Shown: positions 12,721-25,474 of the stretch, piece by piece | Layout: each line of letters opens with the position of its first letter | Position numbering within the stretch: position 1 is the stretch's first letter | Source: Octopus sinensis | Taxonomy: Eukaryota | DNA length: 59,754 bases | Assembly: GCF_006345805.1 (NCBI RefSeq) | Contig: NW_021833612.1 | Location: 1 to 59,754, forward strand | Direction: 5' to 3' | Translations under genes and position numbers: made by a program | Notes under the pieces: generated by a model | The model's database searches: none | Seen by the model: only the letters and a program-made list of their open reading frames with translations | What the model was told of the DNA's origin: nothing

Positions 12721-12921
12721 GCCTACAGCTATCGAAATATTTCAACAACGATAACAACAACAACAAACAACAACAGTAACAACAACAACCATAACAGAAA
12801 AAAAATCCACACTGCTACTATTATTACTACTACTACTACCACCACCACCACTACTACTGCTACCACCATCACCACTACCACCATCATTTTGACCACTGCC
12901 ACAGTCACTACTACTACTAAT

Positions 12922-13347
12922 GGGCGCAGGAGTGGCTGTGTGGTAAGTAGCTTGCTAACCAACTACATGGTTCCGGGTTCAGTCCCACTGCGTGGCATCT
13001 TGGGCAAGTGTCTTCTGCTATAGCCCCGGGCAGACCAAAGCCTTGTGAGTGGATTTGGTAGACGGAAACTGAAAGAAGCCTGTCGTATATATGTATATAT
13101 ATATATGTATGTATGTATGTGTGTGTGTGTTTGTGTGACTGTGTTTGTCCCCCTAGCATTGCTTGACAACCGATGCTGGTGTGTTTACGTCCCCGTCACC
13201 TAGCGGTTCGGCAAAAGAGACCGATAGAATAAGTACTGGGCTTACAAAGAATAAGTCCCGGGGTCGATATGCTCGACTAAAGGCGGTGCTCCAGCATGGT
13301 CGCAGTCAAATGACTGAAACAAGTAAAAGAGTAAAAGAGTAAAAGAG
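12922..13347 (+). mobile_element. tRNA-derived SINE family A with internal (TA)n(TG)n; full or near-full copies also ~15216-15620(+), ~20843-21279(+), ~23126-23537(-), ~28252-28905(-), ~31351-31775(+), ~37105-37497(-), ~37608-38023(+), ~38273-38672(-), ~38988-39414(+), ~39422-39867(+); partial copies ~20667, ~40120-40319(-), ~45443, ~46500, ~48748, ~50680(-), ~53166, ~53835
   Basis: Head ggcgcaggagtggctgtgtggtaagtagcttgc...ggttccgggttcagtccc; tail ctgaaacaagt(aaaagagt)n. Confidence 0.9.
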
Positions 13348-13349
13348 CA

Positions 13350-13598
13350 TGACCACTACTACCACCACAGTCACAACCAACCTACACCACCGCTGCCAGT
13401 ACCACCACTAGTACTATCGCCACAACGAAAAATACTGACACAACTATTGTGGTTGCTCTCCACTACCACCACCACAACTGCTGCTGCTGCTGCAACCACT
13501 ACTACTAGTATTACTAATATTACTACTAGTACAGCCAGTACTACTACTACTACTACTACTACTGCTGCTGCTATTAATACTACAACTGCTACTATTAT

Positions 13599-13632
<34 letters not shown>

Positions 13633-13744
13633 GCTACCACCATCATTTTGACCACTGCCACAGTCACTACTACTACTACTAATACTACTACTAATAATAA
13701 TAATGATAATAATAATAATAATAATAATGATAATAATAATGATG

Positions 13745-13794
<50 letters not shown>

Positions 13795-13795
13795 G
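13350..13795. repeat. (ACT/ACC/GCT/AAT)n triplet-rich tract; similar tract at 12745-12920 on the other side of the SINE
   Basis: Direct reading. Confidence 0.9.
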
Positions 13796-14089
13796 CAACC
13801 AAAACAACCAATGACTGAAACATGTAAAGGATGTATGTATATATATATAGATATAGATAAATTAAGAGTAAATAATTTCTATAAAGGTTTTATAAAAAAA
13901 CCAACAATTATTTATTGGTAGAATTCGGTATGTAAATATAACCAATTAATGGTAGGAACTTCTGTAAAGTTCAGTATATATATTGTATATAAATAAATTG
14001 TATATAAATGTTGTATATAAATATTGTATATAAATAAAAGGGCATTACTGTTGCCTGTCCCTTTTATTTATATACAATATTTATATACA

Positions 14090-14462
<373 letters not shown>

Positions 14463-14598
14463 ATGTAAATGAGTAACAAAGATGTGCAGGTGTTAATTAA
14501 TTACAGCAAAAAATTTTACTGAATATCTCTCTTTGAAAGATTTAGATATAATAATGTTTATATATATATATATTCACATACAAACATGCACACACATA

Positions 14599-15043
14599 CG
14601 AAGGGGTGCTCAAAAGTTCCCGGCTTTTAGGGTATCGCAAAAGCCCAGGTTAGAGGCCCAACCCCACCAAGTTCTTTCACAGGGCTTAGAAAAACTGAAG
14701 GACAGTTGTAATAAGTGTATGAATATATTAGATAAAATCATAATTAACTGATCCTCTTGTATTTTCTTTTACCCAAAGCCATGAACTTTTCAGCATCCTT
14801 TCATATGTATATATAAAATATATATATGAGGGGGTGCTACAAAGTTCCTAGCTTTAAGGGTGTCGCGAAATGCCTGGCTGGAGGCACAAACTTCTGAGTT
14901 TTTCCACAAGGCTTAGAAAAACTGAAGGACCACTGCAATAAGTGTGTGAACCTGAGAGGGGAATATGTTGAATAAAATCATAATTAACTGATCCTTTTCC
15001 ATTTTCTTTTACCCAAAGCCAGGAACTTTTCAACACACCCTTG
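14599..15043 (+). mobile_element. Two adjacent related mariner-type MITEs (14599-14803, 14827-15043)
   Basis: TA|cgaaggggtgctcaaaagttc...gaacttttcagcatcctttca|TA and TA|tgagggggtgctacaaagttcc...ggaacttttcaacacacccttg. Confidence 0.75.
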
Positions 15044-15052
15044 TGTGTGTGT

Positions 15053-15098
<46 letters not shown>

Positions 15099-15701
15099 AT
15101 ATGTAACTGGCTTAAAACTGGTCCAGGTATCGAACCACTGAAAAAGTACTAAATAACCCACCAATTCTTCAGTGTTATGACTATGTCAATACCATTTTAA
15201 ATTTAAAAGCAAAAAGCGCAGGAGTGGCTGTGTGGTAAGTAGCTTGCTAACCAACCACATGGTTCCGGGTTCAGTCAAACTGCGTGGCATCTTGGGCAAG
15301 TGTCTTTGCTATAGCCCTGGGCCGAACAATGCCTTGTGAGTGGATTTGGTAGACAGAAGCCTGTCGTATATATATATGTGTGTGTGTGTATGTGTGTGTG
15401 TTTGTGTGTCTGTGTTTGTCCCCCTAACATTGCTTGACAACCATTGCTGGTGTGTTTATGTCCCCGTCACTTAGCGGTTCGGCAAAAAGAGACCGATAGA
15501 ATAAGTACTGGGCTTACAAATAATAAGTCCCGGGGTCGATTTGCTCGACTAAAGGCGGTGCTCCAGCATGGCCGCAGTCAAATGACTGAAACAAGTAAAA
15601 GCAAAAAAAAAAAAAAGAAATCAAGAATGACCGATGGACTGAATGACCAAATGACCAGAGGAACTAAAATTAAAAAATTAGAGACAGAACAATGGTCTCA
15701 C

Positions 15702-15842
15702 CTGTTTCGTCGTTTTCATTCTCCATCAGGACAGCCTTTTTATAAACAGGTTCTCCTACCCGTTGAAGCAGGGTAAACTTAGGGTGCCTGTCACCTTCGT
15801 TAAGATTCAGCAAACTCTTGGATTTTAGCTGACCTGTCTTTC
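15702..15842 (-). CDS. PTPRN2: IA-2/phogrin gene exon (141 nt, phase 1-1) with KK dibasic site
   Basis: atttacag|GAAAG acceptor and ACAG|gtgaga donor. Encodes RKTGQLKSKSLLNLNEGDRHPKFTLLQRVGEPVYKKAVLMENENDET; the KK lies where the IA-2 pro-domain convertase site precedes the mature ectodomain. Confidence 0.83.
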
Positions 15843-15937
15843 CTGTAAATATAATCAGAAAATAGCATTACACAAATATATGGGTGTATATACCCTCACT
15901 CTCTCTCTCTCTCTTTCTCTTTCTCTCTACACACATA

Positions 15938-16315
15938 CACATTACACACACATATATATATAAGTGTATATATAACTATGTATTGTATGTATTAATGTGT
16001 GTATTAATCTTATGTAATATATATCTACATAAGTCTGTTCTCTTAATCATCACCACTGAGAGAAACACCACAGCACTTTCAGAGTATATTTGGAAGTTGA
16101 AAGAAAAGGGAAACACAAGTTGATTTTCACATTACACACACATATATATAAGTGTATATATAATTATGTATTGTATGTATTAATATGTGTATTAATCTTA
16201 TGTAATATATATCTACATAAGTCTGTTCTCTAAATCATCACCACTGAGAGAAACACCACAGCACTTTCAGGGTATATTTGGAAGTTGAAAGAAAAGGGAA
16301 ACACAAGTTGATTTT
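15938..16315 (+). repeat. Tandem duplication (190 + 188 bp) containing a Penelope-like GIY-YIG-region fragment
   Basis: Two near-identical units; they encode NTTALSEYIWKLKEKG, resembling the STxLSxYIWxLK motif of Penelope-like elements. Confidence 0.7.
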
Positions 16316-17705
16316 AAAACAAAATTTTTAATCACTGGACTATACCAGCATCCCGTTTTAGATATACATAAACACACACACATAAACACTTGTGTGCTGA
16401 GGCTGCTGCTGTAATTCAACTCCATTTGCAAGAGTCAAAGTCTAATCAAGTGGTGAAGCTGCTCTGTAAATTTTTAAGCCCTTTCCACCAGACCTGTTTC
16501 AGGCCATCTACAGAGGTAGGTGACAAACTCCTGTGCAACAGTACTTACTTTGTTGCATCAGATCTGACTCAGCCAAATGCTTCTACCATCCTCAATGCAA
16601 GTCCAGCTCCACCACCCATTATTTCCCTTAAGTCAGATATAATGGCTTGCTTTCTAAGTAGCTTCTGACATACATGTATACATACATGCATGAATGCATG
16701 CACACATACATACATTCAGTCAAACATGCCTTTAAATATACATACATATGTGATCACGTGACCGACCAGTCCATCAGATGTAGTTACACATCGCTGGTCA
16801 CAATGCGTTTGCATTGTTTTAGCCTTCGAATGACACCACCCCCCTTGGCTAAGCGAGCAGGCCACTAGAAAAAGAGTGTGAAAGAGTACAGCAGGATCAC
16901 CACCACCTGCCAGAGCCTCGTGGAGCTTTTAGTGTTTTTTGCTCAATAAACACTCACACGCCCGCTCTGGGAATTGAAACCGCGATCCTACAACCGCGAG
17001 TCCGCTGTCCTAACCACTGGGCCATTGCGCCTCCACACATACATATGTATCTCCATGTATATAATTGTAAAAATATACATTAGTTTTTAATTGATAGACT
17101 TAGTGTTAAGGTTATGGTGAGAGTTTCATTTATGAAATTCCGTGAGTTTCGCACATGTTATTCTGAAAGTTTCATGCATGCCACTCATCAAACTTGTGAA
17201 TCAATCAGGCCTTGAGTTACTTTCGTAGATTTTTGCTGATCATGAGTGTGTATACATGTATGTATGTTTGCATGTATGTGTGTGTATGTATGTGTGACCA
17301 ATAGAATAAGTACAAGGCTTTTCAAAGAACAAAAAGTACAGAGGTCGATAATTTCAATTAAAATTCAAGTTGGTACCCCAGCATGGCCGAGCAAAATTTA
17401 AAAAATAAAACACACACATAATTAAAAAATGCTCAAACACAAACCTGGAAGTACATAAATACTAGTACTGGATAGTACAAGACAAAATCTGAAGTTTGGA
17501 CAAGCTTTATACTGTACCCTACTACATTCTGAATGGAATATACCATAACTATATATAATATATATAATAACAATTTAACAAATAAAACATATGCATACAT
17601 ACATAGATATATGTACATACCTACATCTAAATGTATATATACATGCATATATGAGTACAGGACACCACAAATATATGCAGCTATCTATCTATCTATCTGT
17701 CTATC

Positions 17706-17746
<41 letters not shown>

Positions 17747-18312
17747 ATATGTATATATATATTATATATATAAATATAGATGTACGTGTATATATATATA
17801 TATATACACATATATATATACATACATATGTATATATACATATGTATGTATGTATGTATGTATATATATATACACGTACATTTATATTTATATATATATA
17901 CATACATACACATATATAAATATATATAAATATAGATGTACGTGTATATATATACACGTACATCTATATTTATATATATATATACATACACACACACACA
18001 TACACACACACACACACACACACATATATATCTAATATAATAAATGCAAAAACAAATTTCTGTGTGTCAGTGTGTCACACTATTCAATGACACTCCTACT
18101 ATTCCTCATGATGGGGTGAGAGTAATATAGTAGGCATAGCAATGGTGATGGCAGTGGTGAAGACAGAGAGAGAGAGAGATACAAAGAAAAAGAGAGGGAG
18201 AGAAAGAGAGGAAATAGAAAGGTGAGAGAAATAGGAAGGTGATGTACAACTTTGTTTAACCAAGTTGCTTTGACAGAAATTCCTGTTGCAAACATATTGA
18301 ACATATTCCCAC

Positions 18313-18396
18313 GGGCATATGGCATAGTGGTTAAGAGCGCGGGCTACGAACCCCAAGATTCCAAGTTCGATTCCAAGCAGTAACCTGACCAATAAC

Positions 18397-18430
<34 letters not shown>

Positions 18431-18614
18431 TAAAAAAATACCTTAGGAATGAGAACCCAGGTTCGAAATTTCCCCCAAGACACCTGAAGAAGGCTGGAGA
18501 GTATATCAGCTGAAACGTTGTGTTAACAACAAACAAGATGGGGACAAATATCCGTCAAATGTAAATAATGTAAATAGTGCACATAATTCCTCATCTCTTA
18601 AATATAGAACTGTA
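18313..18614 (+). mobile_element. tRNA-headed SINE carrying a hammerhead motif; headless second copy ~19165-19312
   Basis: A box tggcatagtgg (18320-18330), B box gttcgattcc (18365-18374), (AAT)n, HHR, 3' agatg...cctcatct hairpin. Confidence 0.75.
18479..18524 (+). ncRNA. Minimal hammerhead ribozyme motif inside a tRNA-headed SINE
   Basis: GACAC-CUGAAGA-A-GGCUG(gagaguauau)CAGCU-GAAAC-GUU|GUGUU; palindromic ACGU stem III and one extra A after A9, as in Penelope-associated minimal HHRs. Confidence 0.7.
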
Positions 18615-18829
18615 TAGATCTCTGACTTGTTTTGGAAAATTTGTGGCACTTGTTTCCTCCAGAGTCATGAGTCATATCCCAATGGTGATCATATTCGTTG
18701 CAAAAATCGTGTAAAAAAATATTGCCAAAAACAATCGCAGTAATGAAAACATAGGAATCCAGAATTTCAGGATTGCAGGTCTGGATTCAGCCTGGAATGC
18801 TTTTAAATTTACTCTTCGATTTAGCTTTT

Positions 18830-19160
18830 AGATCCGACGGGCCTCCGTGCCAGTGGCACAAAAAAGCACCATCCGATCGTGGCCGTTGCCAGCCTCGCCT
18901 GGCCCCCGTGCTGGGGCACGTAAAAAGCACCATCTGATCATGGCCATTTGCCAGCCTCGTCTGGCACCTGTGCCGGTGGCATGTAAAAAGCACCCACTAC
19001 ACTCACGGAGTGGTTGGCGTTAGGAAGGGCATCCAGCCTTAGAAACATTACCAGATCAGACTGAGCCTGGTGCAGCCTTCTGGCTTTCCAGACCCCAGTT
19101 GAACCGTCCTACCCATGCTAGCATGGAAAGCAGACACTAAATGATGATGATGATGATGAT
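18830..19160 (-). mobile_element. Dispersed repeat family E with (ATC)n end; other copies ~32575-32970(+), ~33410-33520(+)
   Basis: Shared ctgcaccaggctc(c)agtctgatctggca...ctggatgcccttcctaacgccaaccactccg and internal gccaccggcac repeats. Confidence 0.75.
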
Positions 19161-19210
19161 GATGATGGATATACCCTTAGGAATGAGAACCCAGGTTCGA
19201 AATTTCCCAA

Positions 19211-19256
19211 GACACCTGAAGAAGGCTGGAGGGTATATTAGCTGAAACATTGTGTT
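19211..19256 (+). ncRNA. Second copy of the same minimal hammerhead (stem III mutated)
   Basis: GACAC-CUGAAGA-A-GGCUG...UAGCU-GAAAC-AUU-GUGUU; G16.2 changed to A. Confidence 0.55.
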
Positions 19257-19387
19257 AACAACAAACAAGATGAGGACAAATATCCGGCGAATGTAAATAA
19301 TGTAAATAAAGTAAGAGATCTGTTTGCAGATCTTCCCATTCAGGGTCAGTTGCTTAAAAGCCACACTATCGGGCAGCTTTTAAGCTA

Positions 19388-19438
<51 letters not shown>

Positions 19439-19505
19439 TATATGTATGTATGGTATGTATGTATGTATGTATGTATGTAATATATATATATATATGTAAT
19501 GTATA

Positions 19506-19539
<34 letters not shown>

Positions 19540-20005
19540 GTATGTTGTTATATATATAGCAGCGTACGTACACTTTGTTCTCTTTCTCTCTCTCCTCTCT
19601 CTATATATATATATAGTATGTATGCATATATATCTATATATTTATGTATATGTATATATATATATATATACACACACATACATATGTACACACACACACA
19701 CTTGCAAACTTATGTACATATATATGCATAAACATATACACAAACATACATATATACATATATACATATATACATATATATACACACATGTATGTGTATA
19801 TAATTACACTACATACATAATAACACACACATATATATATATATATATACACACACAAACTGCATATGACTTATATATATTATATATATACATATATATA
19901 ATGTGCATATGTCAACACATTTGCATACATATATACTAACACACACCACACACACAACTATATATATATATATACACACACACAAACATGCATATGTACT
20001 TATAT

Positions 20006-20036
<31 letters not shown>

Positions 20037-20080
20037 GTGCATATGTACACACATTTGCATACATATATACTAACACACAA

Positions 20081-20113
<33 letters not shown>

Positions 20114-20141
20114 CACACACACAAACATGCATATGTACTTA

Positions 20142-20176
<35 letters not shown>

Positions 20177-20218
20177 GTGCATATGTACACACATTTGCAT
20201 ACATATATACTAACACAA

Positions 20219-20250
<32 letters not shown>
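19388..20250. repeat. (TA)/(CA) compound repeat with three ~135-140-bp higher-order units (19900-20250)
   Basis: gtgcatatgt(a)cacacatttgcatacatatatactaacacac recurs at ~19903, ~20037 and ~20177. Confidence 0.85.
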
Positions 20251-21026
20251 GCATGTATTAACAACAACATTGTTACTATTAGCAAAACCACCAAATCTGT
20301 GAACGATCAAAGATAGAATAATAAAGATGCTAGAATCCAACTCTCTCTTCATTCCGTCTTTACCGTTAAACCAATATTTACGTTAGTGCTACCGAAAACA
20401 CAAGAATTCTTCCATCGGTGATATAAGGCAGTTAAAAAAACTATCAGGAGAAAGCCGACCCCAAACTTAAGCCACTTCATAACCAAAGTGAAGCATCAAC
20501 AGGCTTCTTCTGTTCTGTTTTGTTGTGGAATACGACTGAAGTAAATGGTTAACTTCATGTTATTCCAATTCCTGCGATTCTAATCGATTTTTCTGGCGAC
20601 ACCTGAAACCAGTCAGAAAGCTGCCAGAGAATGAGAATGATGAAGATGTAAGAAAATATAAACATAAGGTGCAGGCGTGGCTGTGTGGTAAGAAGCTTGC
20701 TTCTCAACCACATGGTTGTGGGTTCAGTCCCACTGTGCAGCAACTTAGGCAAGTATCTTCTTCTATAGCCTTGAGTGTGGACTTAATAGATGGAAACTGA
20801 AAAGAAGCCTATCTTATACACCACACACACATATATATACATAGGCGCAGGAGTGGCTGTGTGGTAAATAGCTTGTTTACCAACCACATGGTTCCAGGTT
20901 CAGTCCCACAGTGTGGCACCTTGGGCAAGTGTCTTCTACTATAGCCTCGGGCCGACCAATGCCTTGTGAGTGGATTTGGTAGACAGAAACTGAAAGAAGC
21001 CTGTCGTATATATGTATATATATATA

Positions 21027-21068
<42 letters not shown>

Positions 21069-21346
21069 CGTGTGTCTGTGTTTGTCCCCCTAGCATTGCT
21101 TGACAACTGATGCTGGTGTGTTTATGTCCCCGTTACTTAGCGGTTCGGCAAAAGAGACCGATAGAATAAGTACTGGGCTTACAAAAGAATAAGTCCTGGG
21201 GTCGAGTTGCTCGATTAAAGGCGGTGCTCCAGCATGGCCGCAGTCAAATGACTGAAACAAGTAAAAGAGTAAAAGAGTAAATATGTATGTGTATATGTGT
21301 GTAGAGACAGAGAGATAGATACATACATACATACATATATTCATAC

Positions 21347-21854
21347 ATCTATATATATAAAACTGTAGTTGTGTGAGTGTCTGTCCCCTTCGATTTAGAT
21401 TCCTAACTACTCCCATTTTGCGGTGCAGTTTAACCAATTCGGAGCTTATAGTCGAGATTCATATCGAGCCCGTCTGAGTATTAGCGCGCGTCTATGATGA
21501 GTCTACGATTTTAAAATCATTTAACATAATTTTTTATTCCATTTTAATGCATAATTTTTCGTGTGTCGATGGCAGCGGAGTTGGCGTCCATGGTCACACC
21601 TGCACCTGTTTGCTTCTCCCCCTTCTTCCCTCCCTCGTGAAGCTGTGGGGAAGGGAGTGTAAGGAAATCAACGTCGTAAAGCGTTGTCAAGGAGACCAGC
21701 GTTCTTTTAGAACAACGACTTCATGGCTTGAAGACACCAAAACAGAAATGGCTAAGAAAGCCCGAATTGGCATCTATAAGGCAAGTAACTCTCTAAAAAT
21801 GTTTATATAGTTATTTCCCTTACAAACCCGAGCAACGCCGGGAGATACTGCTAG
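21347..21854 (+). mobile_element. Non-autonomous Helitron-like element (long copy)
   Basis: 5' TC-tatatatataaaac; 3' cccgagcaacgccggg...CTAG; has ~200 bp of GC-rich interior absent from the 3378 copy. Confidence 0.65.
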
Positions 21855-22423
21855 TCTATTATATAAAATCCATTCTGTCTGTCTGTGTGTGTGTCTTCTA
21901 GGATCTCGGGCATCCTCCATCCGATTGCACTCAAATTCGATATGTTGATACCGACGGTATCAAGGCGTTTATAAGTCTTGAAAAAATTACAAAAATCGAT
22001 TCCAGGTGAGTTCGCGATTGATAAAGCCGTGGGAAAATGCATTTGTACATGCAAGTACATCAGCTGTTGTGATCGATACACCCGGTCATAGTGCTAGTGC
22101 ATGCATATACAGCTGCGTGCATGCGCACATACATGCGAGTACTGTCCAAATCGCCGACCAATCACATACAGCTAGCTGGCATTCAATTGGCGTATCAAGT
22201 TTCGGTGCATTTTGATTGGGTTTTGGATAGAAAATTCACAAAAAAGTCACTTCTATTGATTTTTTAATGGCTTTGCGGGTTAACTGGGGAAATGTAAAGA
22301 TTTGCACGACCACCCTTGGATGGTTTTGAATGACCATAGAAAGTGCGAGCTCTCTAACTGAAAAATTGTGGATTTGTATAAAGGACACACACACAGACAG
22401 ACATTTTGCCGTTTATATATATA
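21855..22423. mobile_element. Non-autonomous TIR/fold-back element directly abutting the Helitron-like element
   Basis: tctattatataaaa...tctgtctgtctgtgtgtg versus cacacacagacagaca...tttatatatataga. Confidence 0.6.
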
Positions 22424-22744
22424 GAAGTGAAGGCGCATGGCTCAGTGGTTAGAGCATCGAGCTTACGATCGTGAGGTTGTGAGTTCGATTCCTGGACCGG
22501 GCTGCGTGTTGTGTTCTTGAGCAAGACACTTTATTTTACATTGCTCCAACTCACTCAGCTGCAGAAATGAGTTGTGATGTCACAGGTGCCAAGCTGTATC
22601 GGCCCCTTTGCCTTTCCCTTGGATAACACTGGTGGTCTTCTATAAACAATCTTGCCCAGACTTGTGCCAGGGAGGGTAACTTTCTAGGTGCAAATCCACG
22701 GTCAGTCATGACCGAAGAGGGGTCCCAACCAACCAACCAGTATA

Positions 22745-23125
22745 GAGATGAAGCAGAAAACATATCTTTGAAAAACTCCTTATCAAAGGTCCTTAGCATT
22801 GTATTTTTCTAACCACATTTATGTCCAGATGGCAGCTGATTTCCACAACAGAACATATTTTTTTCTTTATGGTCACACACAGCAGTACCTGGTCAGTTGT
22901 GTTTTAACTTAATGGTTGTCTTAATTATTAAGTTCCTTCAATATTCTTTTGACCCAATGGTCTCAATATGATCGACTTTGTTGGTATTCTCTTTTTTGTT
23001 ATCCTGTTCCAGACTCTTCTGGTCACTGCATCATGCTTCATGGGAAGATGATATCTGGAATACATTTTCTCATAGTTGGTAATAATGGCGCTGGTTGTGC
23101 TAAGCCCCAAATGTCCTTTGGGATG
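22745..23125 (-). mobile_element. R4/Dong-like LINE C-terminal (zinc-knuckle/RLE) fragment, decayed
   Basis: KMYSRYHLPMKHDAV and VEISCHLDINV...GPLIR resemble R4-clade RHD and PD..D/E regions. Confidence 0.55.
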
Positions 23126-24244
23126 TTTTACTCTTTTACTTGTTTCAGTCATTTGACTGCGGCCATGCTGGAACACCGTCCTGAGTTGAGCAAATCGACC
23201 CCAGGACTTATTCTTTGTAAGCCTAGTACTTATTCTATTGGACTCTTGTTGCCAAACTGCTAAGTTACGGGGACGTAAACACACCAGCTTAGGTTGTCAA
23301 GCGATGTTGGGAGGGTGGGAACAAACACAGACACACAAACACATACACACACACATATATATATACATATATACGACGGGCTTCTTTCAGTTTCTGTCTA
23401 CCAAATCCACTCACAAGGCTTTGGTCGGCCCGAGGCTATAGTAGAAGACACTTGCCCAAGGTGCCACGCAGTGGGACAGAACCCGGAACCATGTGGTTGG
23501 TAAGTAAGCTACTTACCACACAGTCACTCCTGCGCCTCTGTATTGTCCATTTTTGTTCTGTATTCAGTCCTTGTGGCCAATAGACAAAAGATTATTGATG
23601 TCATTTATTATTGTTGTTGTTGTTGTTATCCTTATTTCCCTCAGTGGTTGGGATAACCAGGATGAGTGGGCTTCCTTGGTTGGCCCTGGGAAGAACTCAA
23701 CACTTTTACAGAATTTTATTGTTTAATTCTTATTGCTAATTGTTATTGTTTTATTTTATTTTATACAAATATATTTTGCTAAGCCCCACTTATCCTGTTT
23801 TGTTTTGGGTTTAGCCCTTGTAGCCAATGAAGAAAAGATTATTATTATTATTATTAGGTGAGCTGGCAGAAATGTTAGCACGCCGGGCGAAATGCATAGC
23901 CGTATTTCGTCTGCCGCAACGTTCTGAGTTCAAATTCCGCCAAGGTCAACTTTGCCTTTCATCCTTTCAGGGTCGATTAAATAAGTACCAGTTTTGCACT
24001 GGAGTCGATATTATCGACTTAATCCGTCTGTCTGTCCTTGTTTGTTCCCTCTGTGTTTAGCCCCTTGTGGGTAGTAAAGAAATAATAATTATTATTATTA
24101 TTATCATCATCATCATTAAGGGTATTGATTCAGTAGAATTTTTAATGCCTTGTAGTTTTTGTACTTTCTGTTCCAGCTCTTTAGGTTCTGTGTTCAAATC
24201 CCCGTGAGATCAACTTACAAACTGATTCTTTATTTGTGGTTCAT

Positions 24245-24640
24245 AAACAAGATATGAAGAGAAGCACTATGGAAATCTAAAATTGTACATGGATGACCTC
24301 AAATTATATGCTAATTTATACTCAGCGGAAACACTGCTACAGAGAGTACAAGGATTTAGTAAAGAAATTGGCATAAACTTCAGATTAGGAAAATGCGCAA
24401 GGCAACCATTGAAGGGAGAAAGAAGGATTAAGTAAAGTCATTAAGATAAAGAAACAGGAATAAGAGACATTTCTCTTATTACTTAGTAATGATAAGGAAT
24501 TAATGAGTAGGATAGAGCATAACAGAGCCAAAGGAAGGAAAAGGTTGTAAGGGAATATTTTATGATAATTAGATTAATACTTAAAGAGGATCTAAGTACT
24601 AAAGCTAGGATAATAAGTATCAATAATATAGAAACTTCTT
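24245..24640 (+). mobile_element. R4/Dong-like LINE reverse-transcriptase fragment, decayed
   Basis: LYMDDLKLYA...RVQGFSKEIGINFRLGKCA. Confidence 0.7.
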
Positions 24641-25474
24641 CAGTATCAAGCTGCATTTAAATATTTGCTATTGAAAGCGAAAGGAATTTAGAAAAAATAG
24701 AAAATGATGAGTACGTTGGGAATAAATATATCATTGAAAAGCCTTCTTGTATAGAAAATAATAGGTTCTGAGAGAACGAATAAAAACAGAAGCAGACACA
24801 TACTATATAATCAGAACATGCTTGCTTCAAACAAGGTGGTTTTAGGTTCAATCTAATGAAGTGGCACTTGTGTGTGTGTTTTTTTTTAATCTAAAGTTTT
24901 ATCTTTTATCTTTAACTTGTTTCAGTCATTGGACTGCGACCATGCTGGAGCCATGCCTTAAAGGGTTTTAGTCAAACAAATCAAGCCTAGTTTTTTTTTT
25001 TTAACTCTGGTGCTTTTTCTATTGTTTTGGGGTTTTTTTTCATCAAACTGCTATGTTATGGGGACATAAACAAACTGACACCACTTGTTAAGTAGTAACC
25101 TGTGTGTGTGTGGGGGGTTTGACATCCTCATCACTATCATCATCACTGACACCACCAACACCACCACCAACCACTACCACTTTCATCATCATCATTGTCA
25201 TTATCATCAACATCATGAATCTTTTTCACCATCACTGCCATCACGACTGTCATCATCATCATCACCACCACTACCACCATCATCCTCATAACCATCACCA
25301 TCATCATTGCCCCATCATCTTCATCGTGATCATCACCCCCACCCCCACCACCACCACCATCATTATTGTAGTAGTTGTCGTCATCATGAATGGAAGATTA
25401 AACAGAAACAATAAAAAAAAATCAATAGAAGACAAAAATAAAAGAAACTGTTCCGAGCAGGGGTCAATACTTAC

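Noticed and set aside
16390-16668. 92-aa plus-strand ORF
   Set aside because: No recognisable motif or splice context; the opposite strand may be a decayed retroelement fragment but cannot be supported.
18640-18800. Unique-looking segment with possible splice sites
   Set aside because: No frame-compatible, stop-free exon matching the gene's phase.
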